The position numbers were made by a program, and so were the translations under genes. A stretch of DNA of 64,000 bases, from positions 50,592,001 through 50,656,000 of the forward strand of contig JBITNC010000001.1 in the NCBI GenBank assembly GCA_050084985.1. The letters run 5' to 3'. Source of the stretch: Nageia nagi (Eukaryota; Plantae; Pinophyta). Under the pieces are notes generated by a model that saw only the letters and a program-made list of their open reading frames with translations, was not told the DNA's origin and searched no databases. Of this stretch, positions 1 through 13,695 are shown piece after piece. Each line of letters starts with the position of its first letter. The stretch's first letter is position 1.

Positions 1-1199
1 GGGAAAATCCATATTCAAAGAAAGAAGGGGCTCAAAAGACTGATGGAAAGATCCAGAACGATGATTTGAAGCTCTCAATTTTGCTAAATTGATGCAAAAC
101 ACCTCAAAATCCATGCCAGAGGGCATCAATTTTTGCAAATATTTTATTTCTAGCATATTTTAGCGGGATGAGTATTGTTCTCCTACTAAAACGATATTGT
201 AATCTAAAATTAGCATTTTAAAGTTTTTTTAAGAATTAGGGCAACACCCTCAAATTTTGACCTAAAAAGTCTACAAATAGACTATAGGGTGTTACATTTG
301 AGGTAGAATGTTTTTAGTGCAAATTTGTGGAAAATTGGCAAATTGATATATCCTTGTAATTTTCGCACGAATTTAATACAAAGTGGTGGAATATTTGAAA
401 CAAAGAGATTTGTCATTTGTGAGATTGTGGATTTGACCATTTTAGAGCTTTTTGAGATGATTTAGAATCTTTCACGTTTTTCTTTGAAAATTTTTGAATT
501 TTAGGAAAAAACTTTGATATTTTTTAAAAGTTTTTGAATCACTCGCAAATCGTTGTCTATCCATAATTTGCATAGTAAGTGAACGTATTTTGAGCTTTTC
601 TTCTTTCTATGATATCAAATTAGATTTCCTCATTCGAAACAAAGTTTGTGCACACTTATTGTGTCGTGTTTTTCTTTTGATTGCATCGGTCCTACTTGCA
701 GAGTACCGATAGTCAACTTTCCTCCCTGCTCCTCTTAAGAATAGATTGAACTTAGGTTATTCTATTTTTAAGTTGGAGGACTTTGAATGAGACTTCTTGA
801 ATGATCCAGAAGTGAGAAACCTTAGACACTGCTTCACTATGACCTTTTCTTTGTCATCTCACCAGTATCGAAACATTCTCGCCCCTTTTCTTTTCTTTAT
901 TTTACACTTTCTTTAAACTTATAGCAACTTTCAAACTATTGCAAGATAAAACACCTCAATCCTTACAAAAATTGTGAGCTAACAATTATTACCTCTACTA
1001 CACCACTCAGCTGATTCCCAAACAAGACCTGCACAATTTAAAGCTCGTACTAACAACACAAGATTTTCGATAGAAACCTTGGGGTATCAATTCTTACAAA
1101 AGGAATTCAGTAACACGTTCTCACCTACATGCTAGGTCGCTTTCTCATCTTGATCGTCTAGGTGATCGCCGAGTAAGAGGAAAGGTTTCCATCCCAACA
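1..1199 (+). mobile_element. 3' part of a large LTR (same superfamily as the large solo LTRs)
   Basis: 1-290 matches the reverse complement of ~54555-54840; 300-800 matches 19420-19890; ends ...catcccAACA like the other family members. Confidence 0.7.
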
Positions 1200-1659
1200 T
1201 ACACCTTAACCGAACTTGGGTATTTACCTTGGCCTATCTTTCATATATAAGTTATATCGAGGATCTTAAGAGGTTATAAATAAAACCTCATATCACATAT
1301 CAGTCATATCCACTTTCTAGGAAAAAATGTATAAGAGATATTTTTTTCTTTGGTTATATCAGAGGAAGATCCTTGCTTTGAGGATTTCTTTGTCAAGATC
1401 TTCTTATTGTAGATACCTAAGCAAGAATGTGTCATGCTTATATCAGATGGTATAATTGGTTCTTGTTCATTGCATTATCATCATTTGCATAGATGTATCT
1501 TGATGGATAACACTAGTAAACGTGAAAGTAGAGTTGTATAAATGGAAAGTTTTGACTCTAAATAATATGTTTTGCATAAGTTTTCAATAATATGAATGTT
1601 CAAATCATATGTATTGTTACAAGACCTTCAACCTAACAAAACAAAATACTAATTTATCT

Positions 1660-2400
1660 ATGTTCTAGAAGAGATATCATGCTCAAGCAACACCCAAATG
1701 CAGATCTAAAAGAGAAGCAACCTTTTAGTTAGCATTTACATCAAAACAGCTCATTGGTGTAGCATTATAACTATCCTAAACCTTCCACGGAGAAATCACT
1801 CCAAGAAAAATGCAATTTGTGTTCTTTGTCATGAATAACCTCCAATGGCTCACATCTGGTTTCACCACTATGACATAATTCGATGGATGCAAGAAGATTT
1901 TCCTTACCAACTTTGACCCAAATCAAATAATTGGTGATAGAAGTACACCAATTCTATGTTACATACCCCATAGATATAAGACTCATCCCTACCAATGCTT
2001 GTTGGATTTGAACACTACTGGTACATTTTCCCTCGTAATTCACATGCACATACCAAAATTTTGCATGCATAAATATATTTTTCCATGTACATTTCCTAAA
2101 TTGTAAATTAGCATACCATTTGTAGAGTCTTATATGTAATGAGTCTTAAATAAAGATATTTATAATCCATTCAATGATGTTGATGTCACAAGATGCCAAT
2201 ACTAAGGCAAGCTAGCTAAAGTGCAGTTCTTTGTCTGACAAACACAAGGCATTCCCTCCTAGGATGGCGAAACTTTAATTATGCTCTCCCTTTCCCAAGC
2301 ACATGTAAACATAGGGTTGTAAGCCTACAACTTGTCCAAGATTAGATGCAACTAATTTCACTATATCTAGATGAGCAAAGGGTACTTAGAAATCATGCTT
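1660..2400. repeat. Old unidentified dispersed repeat; second copy at ~25420-25489 + 34985-35460
   Basis: gctcaagcaacacccaaatgcagatctaaa ~ gctcaagtagcacctaaatgtagacctaaa; collinear similarity resumes after 34984; decayed minus-strand peptide (K/R)FWYV in both copies. Confidence 0.55.
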
Positions 2401-3421
2401 AAATATTTCAGACCATACGTATTCCAGTTGTTTCTAAAGTATGGATGATCTTGAATTTCTCCTCCGCTTCTATCTAGAGAAGCAACAACAAAGACACCAT
2501 ATGTAGAAAACTTCATTTCAAATTCTGCCCAAACATGAAAATCATAATTAGATCCTAAACATAGAAGAAAACTTGAAGATATCTCTTTCTCATTTGCTAA
2601 CAAAACGTTCAACTTGGAGACACCCAGAAATCTGAAAATTCCCATTTCAGAATTCAACCATTTTGAAATTACTATCCTCCATATTCCTACTTGTCAAATC
2701 TTTTTCTTACTGTTTTCTTTCTACATCTATTTTTTTTTTCTATTTGAGAAAAGATGACACTTCCCATTCCTTTGCCCCTTGAGTGTCTTTTCATATTCCA
2801 TGTCGAGAAACGCCAATATTATTTTCTTCTTTTTTTGGACCATAAGTTACCATATATCATTATTTAAAATATAGTTTTCATCTCCCTAGACCTTAGAATG
2901 AATTTTTCCCTTTAGTTCATTTTGCAAAATTTTATCAATGACTAAGAATATCAAAAACTAAATTTATAGACAAAAAGGACACTAGTTGGAGTTCATACTA
3001 CATTTTGAAGCTGTAATATGTATAACTCATTCAAAAAAACAATGTGCACTAGGAAGAAAATATTGAAGGAAAACAGTTCTCTTATAATATTGTTTTTGTA
3101 ATGTCTTGAACTGTTCTTGTCATTATTCTACTAATTACTTATGACATTACAATAACATCTTTAATCCGTATTTCTTTTAATGGATATGTGCATGCACTTA
3201 CAATACAGTTGGATGGATGGCAATCGTGTGTACTAAGGATATAATTAAAAATGATTTCAAGGCAGCTATTCTACAAAACATATCAACTATAGTGGTTGCC
3301 AAAATGTCTGATGCAATTCCAAGAATCAAATATATTGAAAAGTCTATCGTTTTCCACATCAATCATTTTTTACTGACATGACAGCCAAGAATAAAAGAAA
3401 CTAACATAACAAATCAATTAC

Positions 3422-3497
3422 CAGAAGAATATCTTCATCTGTGCCAAATGATTTCCGTGCTTCTTCCAAGCACCCCAAGGATATCTGCTCACTCTCT
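3422..3497 (-). CDS. GC1: GUCD1/AtGC1-like protein, probable penultimate coding exon
   Basis: cag|A GAG...CTT CTG|gtaatt; 76 nt; ESEQISLGCLEEARKSFGTDEDILL (ARKSFGTDED motif); terminal exon not located. Confidence 0.95.
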
Positions 3498-4794
3498 CTG
3501 TAAGAGAATTATAAAAAAGAATTACATTAACCATATTCTTGAACATTTTTCCAGGGCATGTTTAAGTAATTAGAAATTTAGAACTTTATTTTCAGGAATA
3601 CCAAAATGAAACCACAAAATTGTCATTAACCATATCATGGTATGCTACTGAATCACTGATAAGTTACGAGCATCTCAATTGCAAAATATTGGCAATCAAG
3701 ATGTCATGATATGAACTTCAGACACCTGGGCTTGATTGCTTATATGATCTAAACCTGGCTTCAGAATCTTCTTGTACCATCATTAGAAATTTTCCAATTA
3801 GACCACAAAAAGCCCTGGACTTATGTGCAGGTTTGTTGCACGTTGGTTGAAAAAGAACAGTGGAGCAAACTGGACAACAATCATGAAATGTCTTCACAAT
3901 GGTGAGAATGAATATTTATGAGTTGGTAGGTTGGCTGTTCTGTGTTCAAGTTCTAGCTATCCATTTTGGCTTAGATAGGTAATTCATTTTTCTGGTTAAT
4001 TTTCTAGTATTTCAGCTGGTAGTAAAGGACATAGGGTTGTTGGAAGAGTTTAAAATGGTGACTGGTTGATTTTTCCTTTGATACGTTGCATAGTCTTGTT
4101 TTAAAATAGTGTTTCTCTAAATATTTGGGCTTCGTGGCAATATTTTCATGTGACATGAGAACCTGACAGGTAGGTAAATGTAACCAAGTTGCCAATGAGA
4201 TACAGCTCTTAGTAATATGAGACTTTGGCAGCATATTGTCAGTGTACTCGTCACAGGTCGTTTTCTACTATAGTGATACTGCTAGGTGGCATGATTGATT
4301 GTTCAGCTGATGTAACTAGTATTTTCTTAGTCTGGAGGAGTGATTGATGGAGCAACTTGCTACTTTAGTATAGCATATGCATGCAATTTTCTATGCTTTT
4401 GTATCAACACTAAGCCCTAAAGATTGTTATCCAATTTTGAATGAAGTACCTGGGGCTTTTTACTCAAGACTTGCTCAGCTTGATATATACCATTGGGCTA
4501 CACACGTTATGGAATTGAAGAATTGCCAAAATCCATCCCAACACAAGCCCGTATTAAGACGAGTTTTCAAATGATTTGGTTATACTATCTAACTTCAAGG
4601 TATGTTCCTGTAAGATTATTGAAGAGTCATCAACTTAATCTTTCAGGTAAATTTCATAAAACCTGATTCTCATCCTGCACAGACATTTCTGAACTTTGAA
4701 GTTTTTTCCATTTGAGGCCATGGCCCTTGATATGTAATCACAGGTTTTAAAATGAACAGTTAAATGGAATTTGTATAAGGAACAGAAAACATAC

Positions 4795-4867
4795 CTAGAG
4801 CTAGCTGGATCTCTTATTTCAAATTCATCAGTTTCCATATCATAGCCACAAATAACAACATAATGAC
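4795..4867 (-). CDS. GC1: GUCD1/AtGC1-like protein, internal exon
   Basis: tag|GT CAT...TCT AG|gtat; 73 nt; GHYVVICGYDMETDEFEIRDPASS(R), the hallmark motif of the family. Confidence 0.95.
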
Positions 4868-6244
4868 CTAGTCGAGGAATCAAACTACCAGTCAGTATTA
4901 TAAAGAAATCCAGATTGCAACAATATTACAAAATGAAATCAATTGTTAAAAAACAAATATAATGGAGTTCTTCACATGAATGTGATGAACGTTGTGAAAA
5001 TATCAAGCATCTTCAGTTAAATGATACTTTTTCAACAGATATAAGAAAACTACTGTTTCCAGGGATCTGAAAAGTTTGTGCAATCATAAAAATCAGAATA
5101 ATGAAAATAAATGTCCTTCACCGATGCTCTAATAACATGTTCCTATAGATATGAAAATAAAATATTACATTGTCGTCTCATACAAGGATATTTTCTCATG
5201 ATAGGAAGATATTATAAGTCAAGAAAACTTATAAGAATGATCATTTGTTTTTGGCTACTTAATACTTTCAATTTTTCTGGTAATATCATGTTATGGTTAA
5301 GTTTTCAGTCAGGAGGGATTTGCATCCTGGCAAGGCTGTCTCGTACTGCCTTGGCTATCATTACATCTACCAGAAGAACACACTGGTGCACTTATTTTAT
5401 TCTCTTATGTTATCTCGTGTGAACTAGTTTTTGCTAATTTGTATAAATCTTTGCTTTCAGAAGTGATATCTGGACACGATGTCATCTTGTAGAGCAGTTG
5501 CCCTATATTAAAATACATTTCTTGTATTCCTTAAAGGTAAAAAAAAGTTAAGGTATTGAACTCCTCTTGAATTACCATGATCATTTAGTGATAAACAAAA
5601 TATATGACATAAAAAGTAGAAACATTCTTCAATCCCAAAAGATTCAGCAATTTATGAAAGAAAATCAAGGTCACATGAAGTGTGGAAATATTAAGTGGAT
5701 GGGTATTTTGTGTCAAAATAAACACAAAAAGATGGTTGGGTTGCCTTTGGCTATAGAAGAACAACTCATACTATTCAATACATGCTAAAGTAAATAATTA
5801 TTAGGAGATACTCTGCTATGGCCAACCTTATGTACTGTCTAAGGTAGACCAATGATATTTGCAGAAATAAATCTCCTATTTAAAAGAGTACAGAAAAGCC
5901 TCATCAGTTACCACTTGTGACATGCAATTATTGGATGATAAACATTCTCTTCTTACTGAACAGAAACATCTCAGGGTAGAAACCACATTTCAGAGCCAGA
6001 AATTGACAGTCATGACTCATGGGTACAAGTAGTTGTCAATATAAGAAATTCACAATGCAATATTTTCATCATGGTATACATGCATATTTATACAAAAAAT
6101 AGTTTATTGAGCACAACCAACATGGTTGTCTTCTAGCTCCAACAAACATATCATACGATGCTCAGTAAAAGACAGACAAATAACTACACCCCCACTAAAC
6201 ATTATACCCATGATGTAATACTGTTTACACAATCCCCGCCTACT

Positions 6245-6655
6245 TGAATGGGTTTTACCACTCATTTAATTTTAACTTTATTATTTTATAATGATGTAAT
6301 AAACCACTGGCACACCCTTTATTACCTCATTCACTAAATGGGGATGACTACTTGATGAATGTACTCATTAATTCATCAACATACCAAGTGGGAATAGGGA
6401 CTTACACCTCTATTCATGATAAACAATAATGGGACTCACCTCACTACACTTTTTTAGTAGAATTTGTCTTCATTGAACATTTAACCATGGATGGGGACAC
6501 ACTCAACCATCTATGATTCTCTATGCAATTGGATAGGGATACACACTATCCAAATGTCATACGTGTGAACAGGGACACATTATTGTTCACATACTTGCGG
6601 TTGAGGATACACACAACCAATTGCAAATAAATAGATAGGGGCATCCACACTATCA
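6245..6655 (+). repeat. Array of ~9 short stem-loops with related G(G)GAC(A/T)CAC-like loops and different stems
   Basis: ttgatgaat/attcatcaa, gaatag/ctattc, ttggatag/ctatccaa, tgtgaaca/tgttcaca, ggttg/caacc, gatag/ctatc. Confidence 0.7.
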
Positions 6656-6689
6656 ATGGAACCAAGGATAGGGACAAAGAAGAGGAAAG

Positions 6690-7676
6690 AGTTTGGCATG
6701 TCAAGGCACTCAATCATAGCACTTGTGGGCTGCCTAAACCATCAGATCCACTTCAAGCAAGTAAAACCTTCATTCACAACACTCTCAGGTTGACAAAGAT
6801 CACTTAGAGAAGGCATGGGTCCCTCCTGAATCTAAGTTGGTCATACTCTTCAAGAATGACGAAAAACCTTTGAGTGGGCCCTACCATCTATCAATGGTTA
6901 TTTTTGGTGGTCCAATTGTTGGCAAACCATGTGCTTCTCTTAGAGTGTTGAAGGTTCAAGAAGAGTCACTACACTTATTCAGGACAAACTTCAGGGCTTT
7001 ATGACACTCATACCTTTAGATCATTACTCTGAATTCTTATGGATTAAAATCCATTGTCACCCACCACTTCAAGATCTCTTCATACCACTTGTTAAGTCTC
7101 CCCACCATGTCCAACTTTGCTATCCACACTAATAGAGACCCATACTAGGACCTTTATGAGGATATCATAAACCACAAGAAAACATGAGAGGAGTTGTTAT
7201 TAGAAGACTTTAATGCCCGCACTAGCTCCATGCAAGTCCCTCTACATGATCTCATAAAGGATGAGTTGTAAACCAAGGAACTAAAACTTGAACATCTTGG
7301 CTTTATTAGAACCTCCATGAACTCACAAGTCACAACTTACAACTTACAAAAAGCACCTTTTGGAGTTAGGTGAATCCAACAAGCTCATTATTATCAACGA
7401 GTTGTCTTACTTTCCAAATTTTGGACGGTTCCCTTGCTTTATCGACAATGTGGGAGCCAATGTTCATTTCAGCACTTATAGCCAACATTCAAATACAAGT
7501 CGATGGACTCCCTCCTTATAGGTTTTCCTTAATAGCCCCTCCTCTCTTGCCTCAACATATGGAGACAATACTCAACAAGATCCAAAAGGACATCACTCTT
7601 CAAAACACCAATTGTACATGGATATCCCTTGCCACCCCTCGCTCACCCAAGTTGTCTTTCTATCATAAGAACATTC
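6690..7676 (+). mobile_element. Degenerate LINE, ORF1 and APE-endonuclease remnant (interrupted by the LTR element at 7677)
   Basis: LLLEDFNARTS (GDFN-type APE motif) near 7200; similar to the LINE at 61661+. Confidence 0.65.
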
Positions 7677-8652
7677 TGTAATGTCCCCAATTTGAGACAT
7701 CTAGATGCCACCCCCCATGCTTATTCACTTTTATTTTTAGTACTTAGAATAGGAGTGTTTTATGTGTCAAAATTATATATTTTATATTTATATTTGTGCC
7801 TGAAAGGGCAGCGCTCAATATGGACAAAATTATGTATTTATTTGGGCCAATTAAAAGGGCCACTTAATGAATTGTCACCCTTGCGTCTAGTTGGCCAAAT
7901 TGGGAGACTTGGGGTTACTTAATATTTTATTATTTCTCCCCTCCTAGTCGGCTGCCCTTGGGAGACTCTATTTGCAAGTTTGGAGGCATATATAAGCAAG
8001 GCTTGTGGCCACTTGAAGAAATCATCAGTTTGCATTTGATCTCGGATCATCTTGGAGTGATGCTTCCGCTCTCTTCCTTCTAAGAACTAGGACTGCTCCC
8101 TAGCCTAGAAGTGGCCTATTCGCACTAACACTCAGAGCTTGCACCAACCTTGGACAGCCTTCTAGCCCTAGCACTAGGATCTTGGAGCCATCTTGAGACT
8201 TGCACCAGCCTTGGGAGCCTTCTTGGGCCTTGCGCCAGCCGTTAGAAGTCTTGAGCATATTGAAGTCTTGGACTTTGCCCTAGAACTTGTTATAGGCTTG
8301 CTACAGCCTTATACTTATTCTTGGTTATTATTTGGCTCTCATATTGCTCTTCAAATGGGGATGAATGTTCCTTTATTACTTCTATGATATTAGAATTTGT
8401 TGTGCATGAGAATGTATGCGGATTAGAGCATTTTGGAGACATTTATGTTATGCTACAGATCTGCAATTGTGCGCTAGTTTGGTCATTTTCACATGTTGTA
8501 TGAGCATTATATCAGATCTGGTTACTGCTGTTATAATTCAGTCTTGAGCGAATGTTTTGATGGACAATAAGCATTTACTATTGTGCCCTAATTTGTGAAT
8601 GAGTGCGGAATTGTGTTGAGAAGTTGTGCATGTTTTAGAAAGGTACATTACA
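7677..8652 (+). repeat. 5' LTR
   Basis: tgtaatgtcccc...tacattaca; direct repeat of 12716-13690. Confidence 0.95.
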
Positions 8653-8653
8653 G

Positions 8654-8665
8654 TGGTATCAGAGC
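8654..8665 (+). promoter_or_regulatory. Primer-binding site (tRNA-iMet)
   Basis: tggtatcagagc 1 nt after the LTR end. Confidence 0.92.
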
Positions 8666-8806
8666 TCAAAGTACTGCCATCCTATGAGGACTTCTTACAT
8701 GCCAAGGCATCAGTATAACACAAGAAGGAACAAGGAAGTTGAGATTGAAAGTGAATAAAAAATGGACTGAGAAAAGGAAGTAGACCTTGCACAGCTATTT
8801 GCAACC

Positions 8807-9810
8807 ATGGTGGATTTGATATCACAACTTGTAAACAAGGTAGATGCGCTTTCACAACCTCCACCACCACCGCAAGAGGGACCAAGGATTCCATCTAGGG
8901 CAGCCACACCTAATCAAGGAAGTGAAGGATCCATCCGCGCAACTCACCCACCTCTACCAAAGCCATCAAAGCCAATGTTCTTGCAAGAAGATATGGAAGA
9001 CCCCAATTAAGACCTAGTTACATACTTCACACAATGTCAAGATAAGAGTGCCGAATTCAAGCAAACAGTCATATTTGAGAGTTTCCTTAATATTGTGAAA
9101 AGAAGGGGATATCAAGAGAAAAAGCACATACAAAAGATGCAAGTGCCTATATTCAATGGTAGCAACCCTACGGCTAGGGATTGGCTATAAAAGCTAAAAC
9201 CTACTTCACTCTTTGCCCTACAAGCTACAATAGCATATGAGTGGTGGCACAATGGTTTCACCATATTGGGACATGACACAATTTTGATATTTGAAGAATT
9301 TTGCCAAAGGGTTCTTGACAGATTTGAAAGAAAGGATGAAGAAGAATACTTTAGAGACATGGCCACACTTCACCAAGTCACAACCGTGGGCAGCTATGTT
9401 GAAAAGTTCCAAAGAATTTCAGTTATGGTTTCAAATGGATTGGATAAAAGGATAGCTTTCTTCTTTATGGAAGAACTAAGGGAACCCTTGAAAGGCTTGG
9501 TCAAAGCCTTTGATCCACCCATTTTACAAGATGCAATCAAGAGGGCTCTCACTCTTAAATATTCCACTCTTTTGAAGACCAAGCACATGGCACCATACCA
9601 TGGACCTAGCATGGGGGCACCATCCAAGAAGGATGCATGACCACCAAGGAAAGACTCATCAAGTGGGAGGCCCACACTTGCCCTTGCCATTTCATATAGA
9701 AGAAGAACCAAGGATGAGACGAATGAAAGAATAGAATTGAGAAGGAAGAATCTATGCTATAGTTGCAAGGAACCTTGGACGCCGGGCCGCCGTTATCTTG
9801 GCAAGGGAGC
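8807..9810 (+). pseudogene. gag: gag (disrupted)
   Basis: FEEFCQRVLDRF...LHQVTTVGSYVEKFQ; knuckle ELRRKNLCYSCKEPW at ~9733; stops and frameshifts. Confidence 0.85.
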
Positions 9811-9957
9811 CACACACTACATTAAGGTCTTTTCAGAGGAAGAGTCAACAAATGAAGAATATGTGGACAATGATGGATATGATTCAAATGAGCACACTTA
9901 AGACCAAATCCAAAGACTACTACACCAACGGCCTCAAGAGGAGGAACACTAGCTACC

Positions 9958-10330
9958 TTGACTGGTATAAACCAATACTTCACAATCAAGGTTCCAGGAG
10001 AGGTCCTAGGAGAGAAGATCCTAGTCTTGATAGATGGAGGTGCTACTCACAACTTCGTGAATGAGAAGTTAGTCATCACCAAGAAGATGAAGACCGAACC
10101 ATTTCCGGGTTTCAAAAGAAGTATGTGCCCAAGAAGAAAGTGAGCTTGAAAGATTACACTATTAAGGATGATTTCTTCATTTTCCCATTGGGTGATTCAC
10201 CCCAAGTTGTCTTAGGGGTGGAATGGTTAGTATTACTGGGAGACTACACTACCAACCACTCAAACTTACAATTCAAGTTCAAGAGTGGAGGATGTGACAT
10301 CATCCTTCAAGAAATCAAAGAGAATAAGGC
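9958..10330 (+). pseudogene. Retroviral-type aspartic protease, copy 1 (frameshifted)
   Basis: LVLIDGGATHNFV...DDFFIFPLG...VVLGVEWL. Confidence 0.85.
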
Positions 10331-10719
10331 TCAAAATGCATACATCAAGAGATTGCAGGCAACCCCATCAAGTACCAAGCAAGAAGATACCTCAAGAAAA
10401 GGATCACAAGAAGATAGAGGAAAGAGGAATCCTTTGGAACAAAGATGGACACTAACACAAGGGAGATTCCAAGAAGAAGGTACACACATGAGTCCACTTT
10501 CTTTTGTTTTCTCTTCACACTGTTCAAATTTCAAGTGATAAGTTAGTTCTCAAGAATTGATGAGACCCCACCAAACACTCTCTAGGAAACCTAGAATGAC
10601 TACTAAGTCTCATATATATGGGAAAAGATTAGCCACAAGAGATACCCCTCACCCACCTACCAAAAGAATTAAAAGGGATCTTAGAGACCTCACTAGACCC
10701 TTGATTAAGCCTATCAAAC

Positions 10720-11085
10720 ACCCCATTCTCAAATTACAAAGGCATCTTTTGGGAGAATCCATCATTACCCTAGTAGACAATGGAGCCACCAATTATTTTA
10801 TTGATGAAGCATTTGTCCTTAGAGTAAACTTGGAAAGGATTGAAACTCAAGAATTCGGAGACACCAATGCTAGGGGATATCAAACTAGGTGTAAGTGGAT
10901 GATTAAAGACCTTAGATTCACTATTGGAAACTACACCATCATAGCCGATTTCTATATTTATCCCATGGGTGGGTCCCCTCACATCATACTAGGAGTCCAA
11001 TGGTTGTACCAATTGGGAGATGTCACCTTCAATTACCGAAGGTTGGAAAGGAGGAAGATCGCCTTGAGAGGCAGCAATGCCACAC
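10720..11085 (+). pseudogene. Retroviral-type aspartic protease, copy 2
   Basis: TLVDNGATNYFI...ADFYIYPMG...IILGVQWL within ORF 10557-11468. Confidence 0.85.
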
Positions 11086-12701
11086 ATCCTTTGGTACTCA
11101 TTAACAGATTAGAAAGTACCCCACTCAGTCACAATACCTCTTCAAGGGGATATAACAGTCTCAACAGCAGTGAATTCAGTTTATATAAAGTCCAAGGACA
11201 TCCTTGGTCAAAAGGAGGCAGTCTCAACATCTACGCTTCATGGGGACGCAACACAGCTAGCTTGGGTAGTAGCATGTTTACATCACTTTGGCCTCTATTC
11301 AAGTTTGGAGGCCAACAAAATTACAACAGCAGTGATCTCAGTTTTTGCAACATTCCAAGGCAGCCTTTGATGACAAAAATCAGTCCCAATATAATAGAGT
11401 TGGTTTATGTAACAATTTACCAAGTATGTTTTCATCCTTTTGGTCTAGACTCAGTTTGGGGTGCATGAAGTTGAAGCATATTACCAAAAAATTGTTCCAT
11501 ACCACAGCAAACAAGGACAGCAGTGCTCGTGGAAGTTCCAGCAGTGATTACAAGGTGAAAGAGGACCAAAACTCATTGCAAATAGCAAGGGACAGCCAAG
11601 ACACCAAGTCTGATTTTTATGACAGTTTAGGGGAAGGTGGGAAACAAAATTTCAAGGAAAAACTCAGCCCTGTTTCTGCCTACAAAGGAGTGTACTACAT
11701 GATTGCAAGAGACACATTTGTTACCCCTGCATACTCAGATTTTGAACAACAGGGTATAATGGCTTCAAAGATTTATATCAATCCTTTTCATTCTTACCAT
11801 ATCAATACTCCTAGTTGCATTATGTCCTCTTGGTTTGTTATGATAAGATGTGACAAGTGGGCACATTTGGAGACTCATATGTCCACATTACTTGGAACAC
11901 TTGGAGCCATTGTGATTTACGCCTTGTTTGATGGAGTTTATGACATGATTAGGGATAAAACTCAGTCCTTGCCATTTCAGCTCATGGGAGAACAGCAGCA
12001 AGGGAGAGCTCATTTGATGATACCTCGTATGTCAGCATGTATGAATTTTGATGTTGCCAAACAGAATACAAATTTACAACCATTTCTCTATGACTTTTGC
12101 ACAAACAAATACAGTTCAGTTTGGGAGAGTTTTGGAAGAATTTTTGGAAAACTGATGCAGAGACAGAGTTTGTGGACTCAAAAATCAGTCCACTATTGAC
12201 TAATATTTGCCTAATTTTGGTTGAGATCAGCTCTTCCAAAAACAGCACAGTTTGCACTAAGGACCAAGTGTCAGGTCCAAATAAAGAGGAAGCACTTTGG
12301 AAGTATTTTCCCAACATTATGATCCCCAAATCAGTCCTATACATTCACAAGATAACTCGGGCCAGCTTCATATCAGTCATAATTCTCCACAGTTTGAAAG
12401 CTATAAGACATTGGGATCCACTTGGAAGCAATGCACACAGTATGAGGTGTAAAGGCATGCATCATCAACAACATTTCTTGCCCCTACTTCATGGGATAGC
12501 CGCCTCCACAGTTGCATTCACTTGGTTTCAATAAGAGACTGTTTTGTAGATTACTTGGATAGCTTATTTGCACATCTGAAGGACAACCATAGAGTCAAGC
12601 ATCACTTGGGATGTTTGGGCAGCTTGGTACCATTGAAGACACAACAAGGAGACAAGCGCCACTTTGGAATGCACTTGGAATTGCTTGAGGGCAAGCAATT
12701 T

Positions 12702-12713
12702 GAGGAGGGAGGA
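12702..12713 (+). promoter_or_regulatory. Polypurine tract
   Basis: gaggagggagga just before the 3' LTR; preceded by LLEGKQF, a chromovirus-type pol tail. Confidence 0.85.
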
Positions 12714-12715
12714 CT

Positions 12716-13690
12716 TGTAATGTCCCCAGTTTGAGACATCTAGATGCCACCCCTCATGCCTATTCAATTTTATTTTTAGTACTTAGAATAGGAATCTTTC
12801 ATTTTTCAAAATTATGTATTTAATATTTATATTTGTGCCTCAAAGGGCAGCGTTCAATATGGCAAATTATGTATTTATTTGGTCCAATTAAAAGGGCTAC
12901 TTAACGAATTATCACCCCCACTTATAGTCGGCCAAGTTGGGAGACTTGGGGCTACTTAATATTTTATTATTTCTCCCCTCCTAGTCGGCTGCCCTTGAGA
13001 GACTCTATTTGCAAGTTTGGAGACCTATACAAGCAAGGTTTGTGGCCACTTGAAGAAATCATCAGTTTGCATTTGATCTCAGATCATCTTGGAGTTGGGG
13101 ATGCTTCATTTCTCTTCCTTCTAAGGACTAGGGCTCTCCCTAGCCTAGAAGTGGCCTATTCACACTTACACTCACTTGGAGAGCTTGCACCAACCTTGGA
13201 GAGCCTTGTAGCCCTAGCACTAGGATCTTGGAGCCATCTTGAGACTTGCGCCAGCCTTGGGAGCCTTCTTGGGCCTTGCGCCAACCATTAAGAGTCTTGT
13301 TGAGCATGTTTCAAGTCTTGGGATTTGCCCTAGAACTTGTTACAGGCTTGCTACAGCCCTATACTTATTCTTGGTTATATTGCTCTTCAAATGTGGATAA
13401 ACGTTCCTTTATTACTGCTGTGATATCAGCATTCGTTGTGCATGAGAATGTATGCAGATTAGAGCATTTTGGAGACATATTTCTGTTATGTTACAGATAT
13501 GCAATTGTGTGCTAGTTTGGTCATTTTGACATGTTGTATGAACATTATATCAGATCTGGTTACTGCTGTTATAATTCAGTCTTGAGCACATATTTGGATG
13601 GACAATAAGCATTTACTATTGTGCCCTAATTTGTGAATGAGAGCAGAATTGTGTTGAGAAGTTGTGCATGTTTTAGAAAGGTACATCACA
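12716..13690 (+). repeat. 3' LTR
   Basis: tgtaatgtcccc...tacatcaca. Confidence 0.95.
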
Positions 13691-13695
13691 CTTTC

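Larger units (their letters stand above)
7677..13690 (+). mobile_element. Non-autonomous Ty3/gypsy (chromovirus-like) LTR retrotransposon: gag + two protease domains, no RT/RH/IN
   Basis: LTRs 7677-8652 and 12716-13690 (TG...CA); PBS tggtatcagagc; PPT; TSD cattc/ctttc (1 mismatch). Confidence 0.92.

Noticed and set aside
4635-4883. 82-aa ORF as a stand-alone gene
   Set aside because: Only 4795-4867 is exon; the rest is intron read-through
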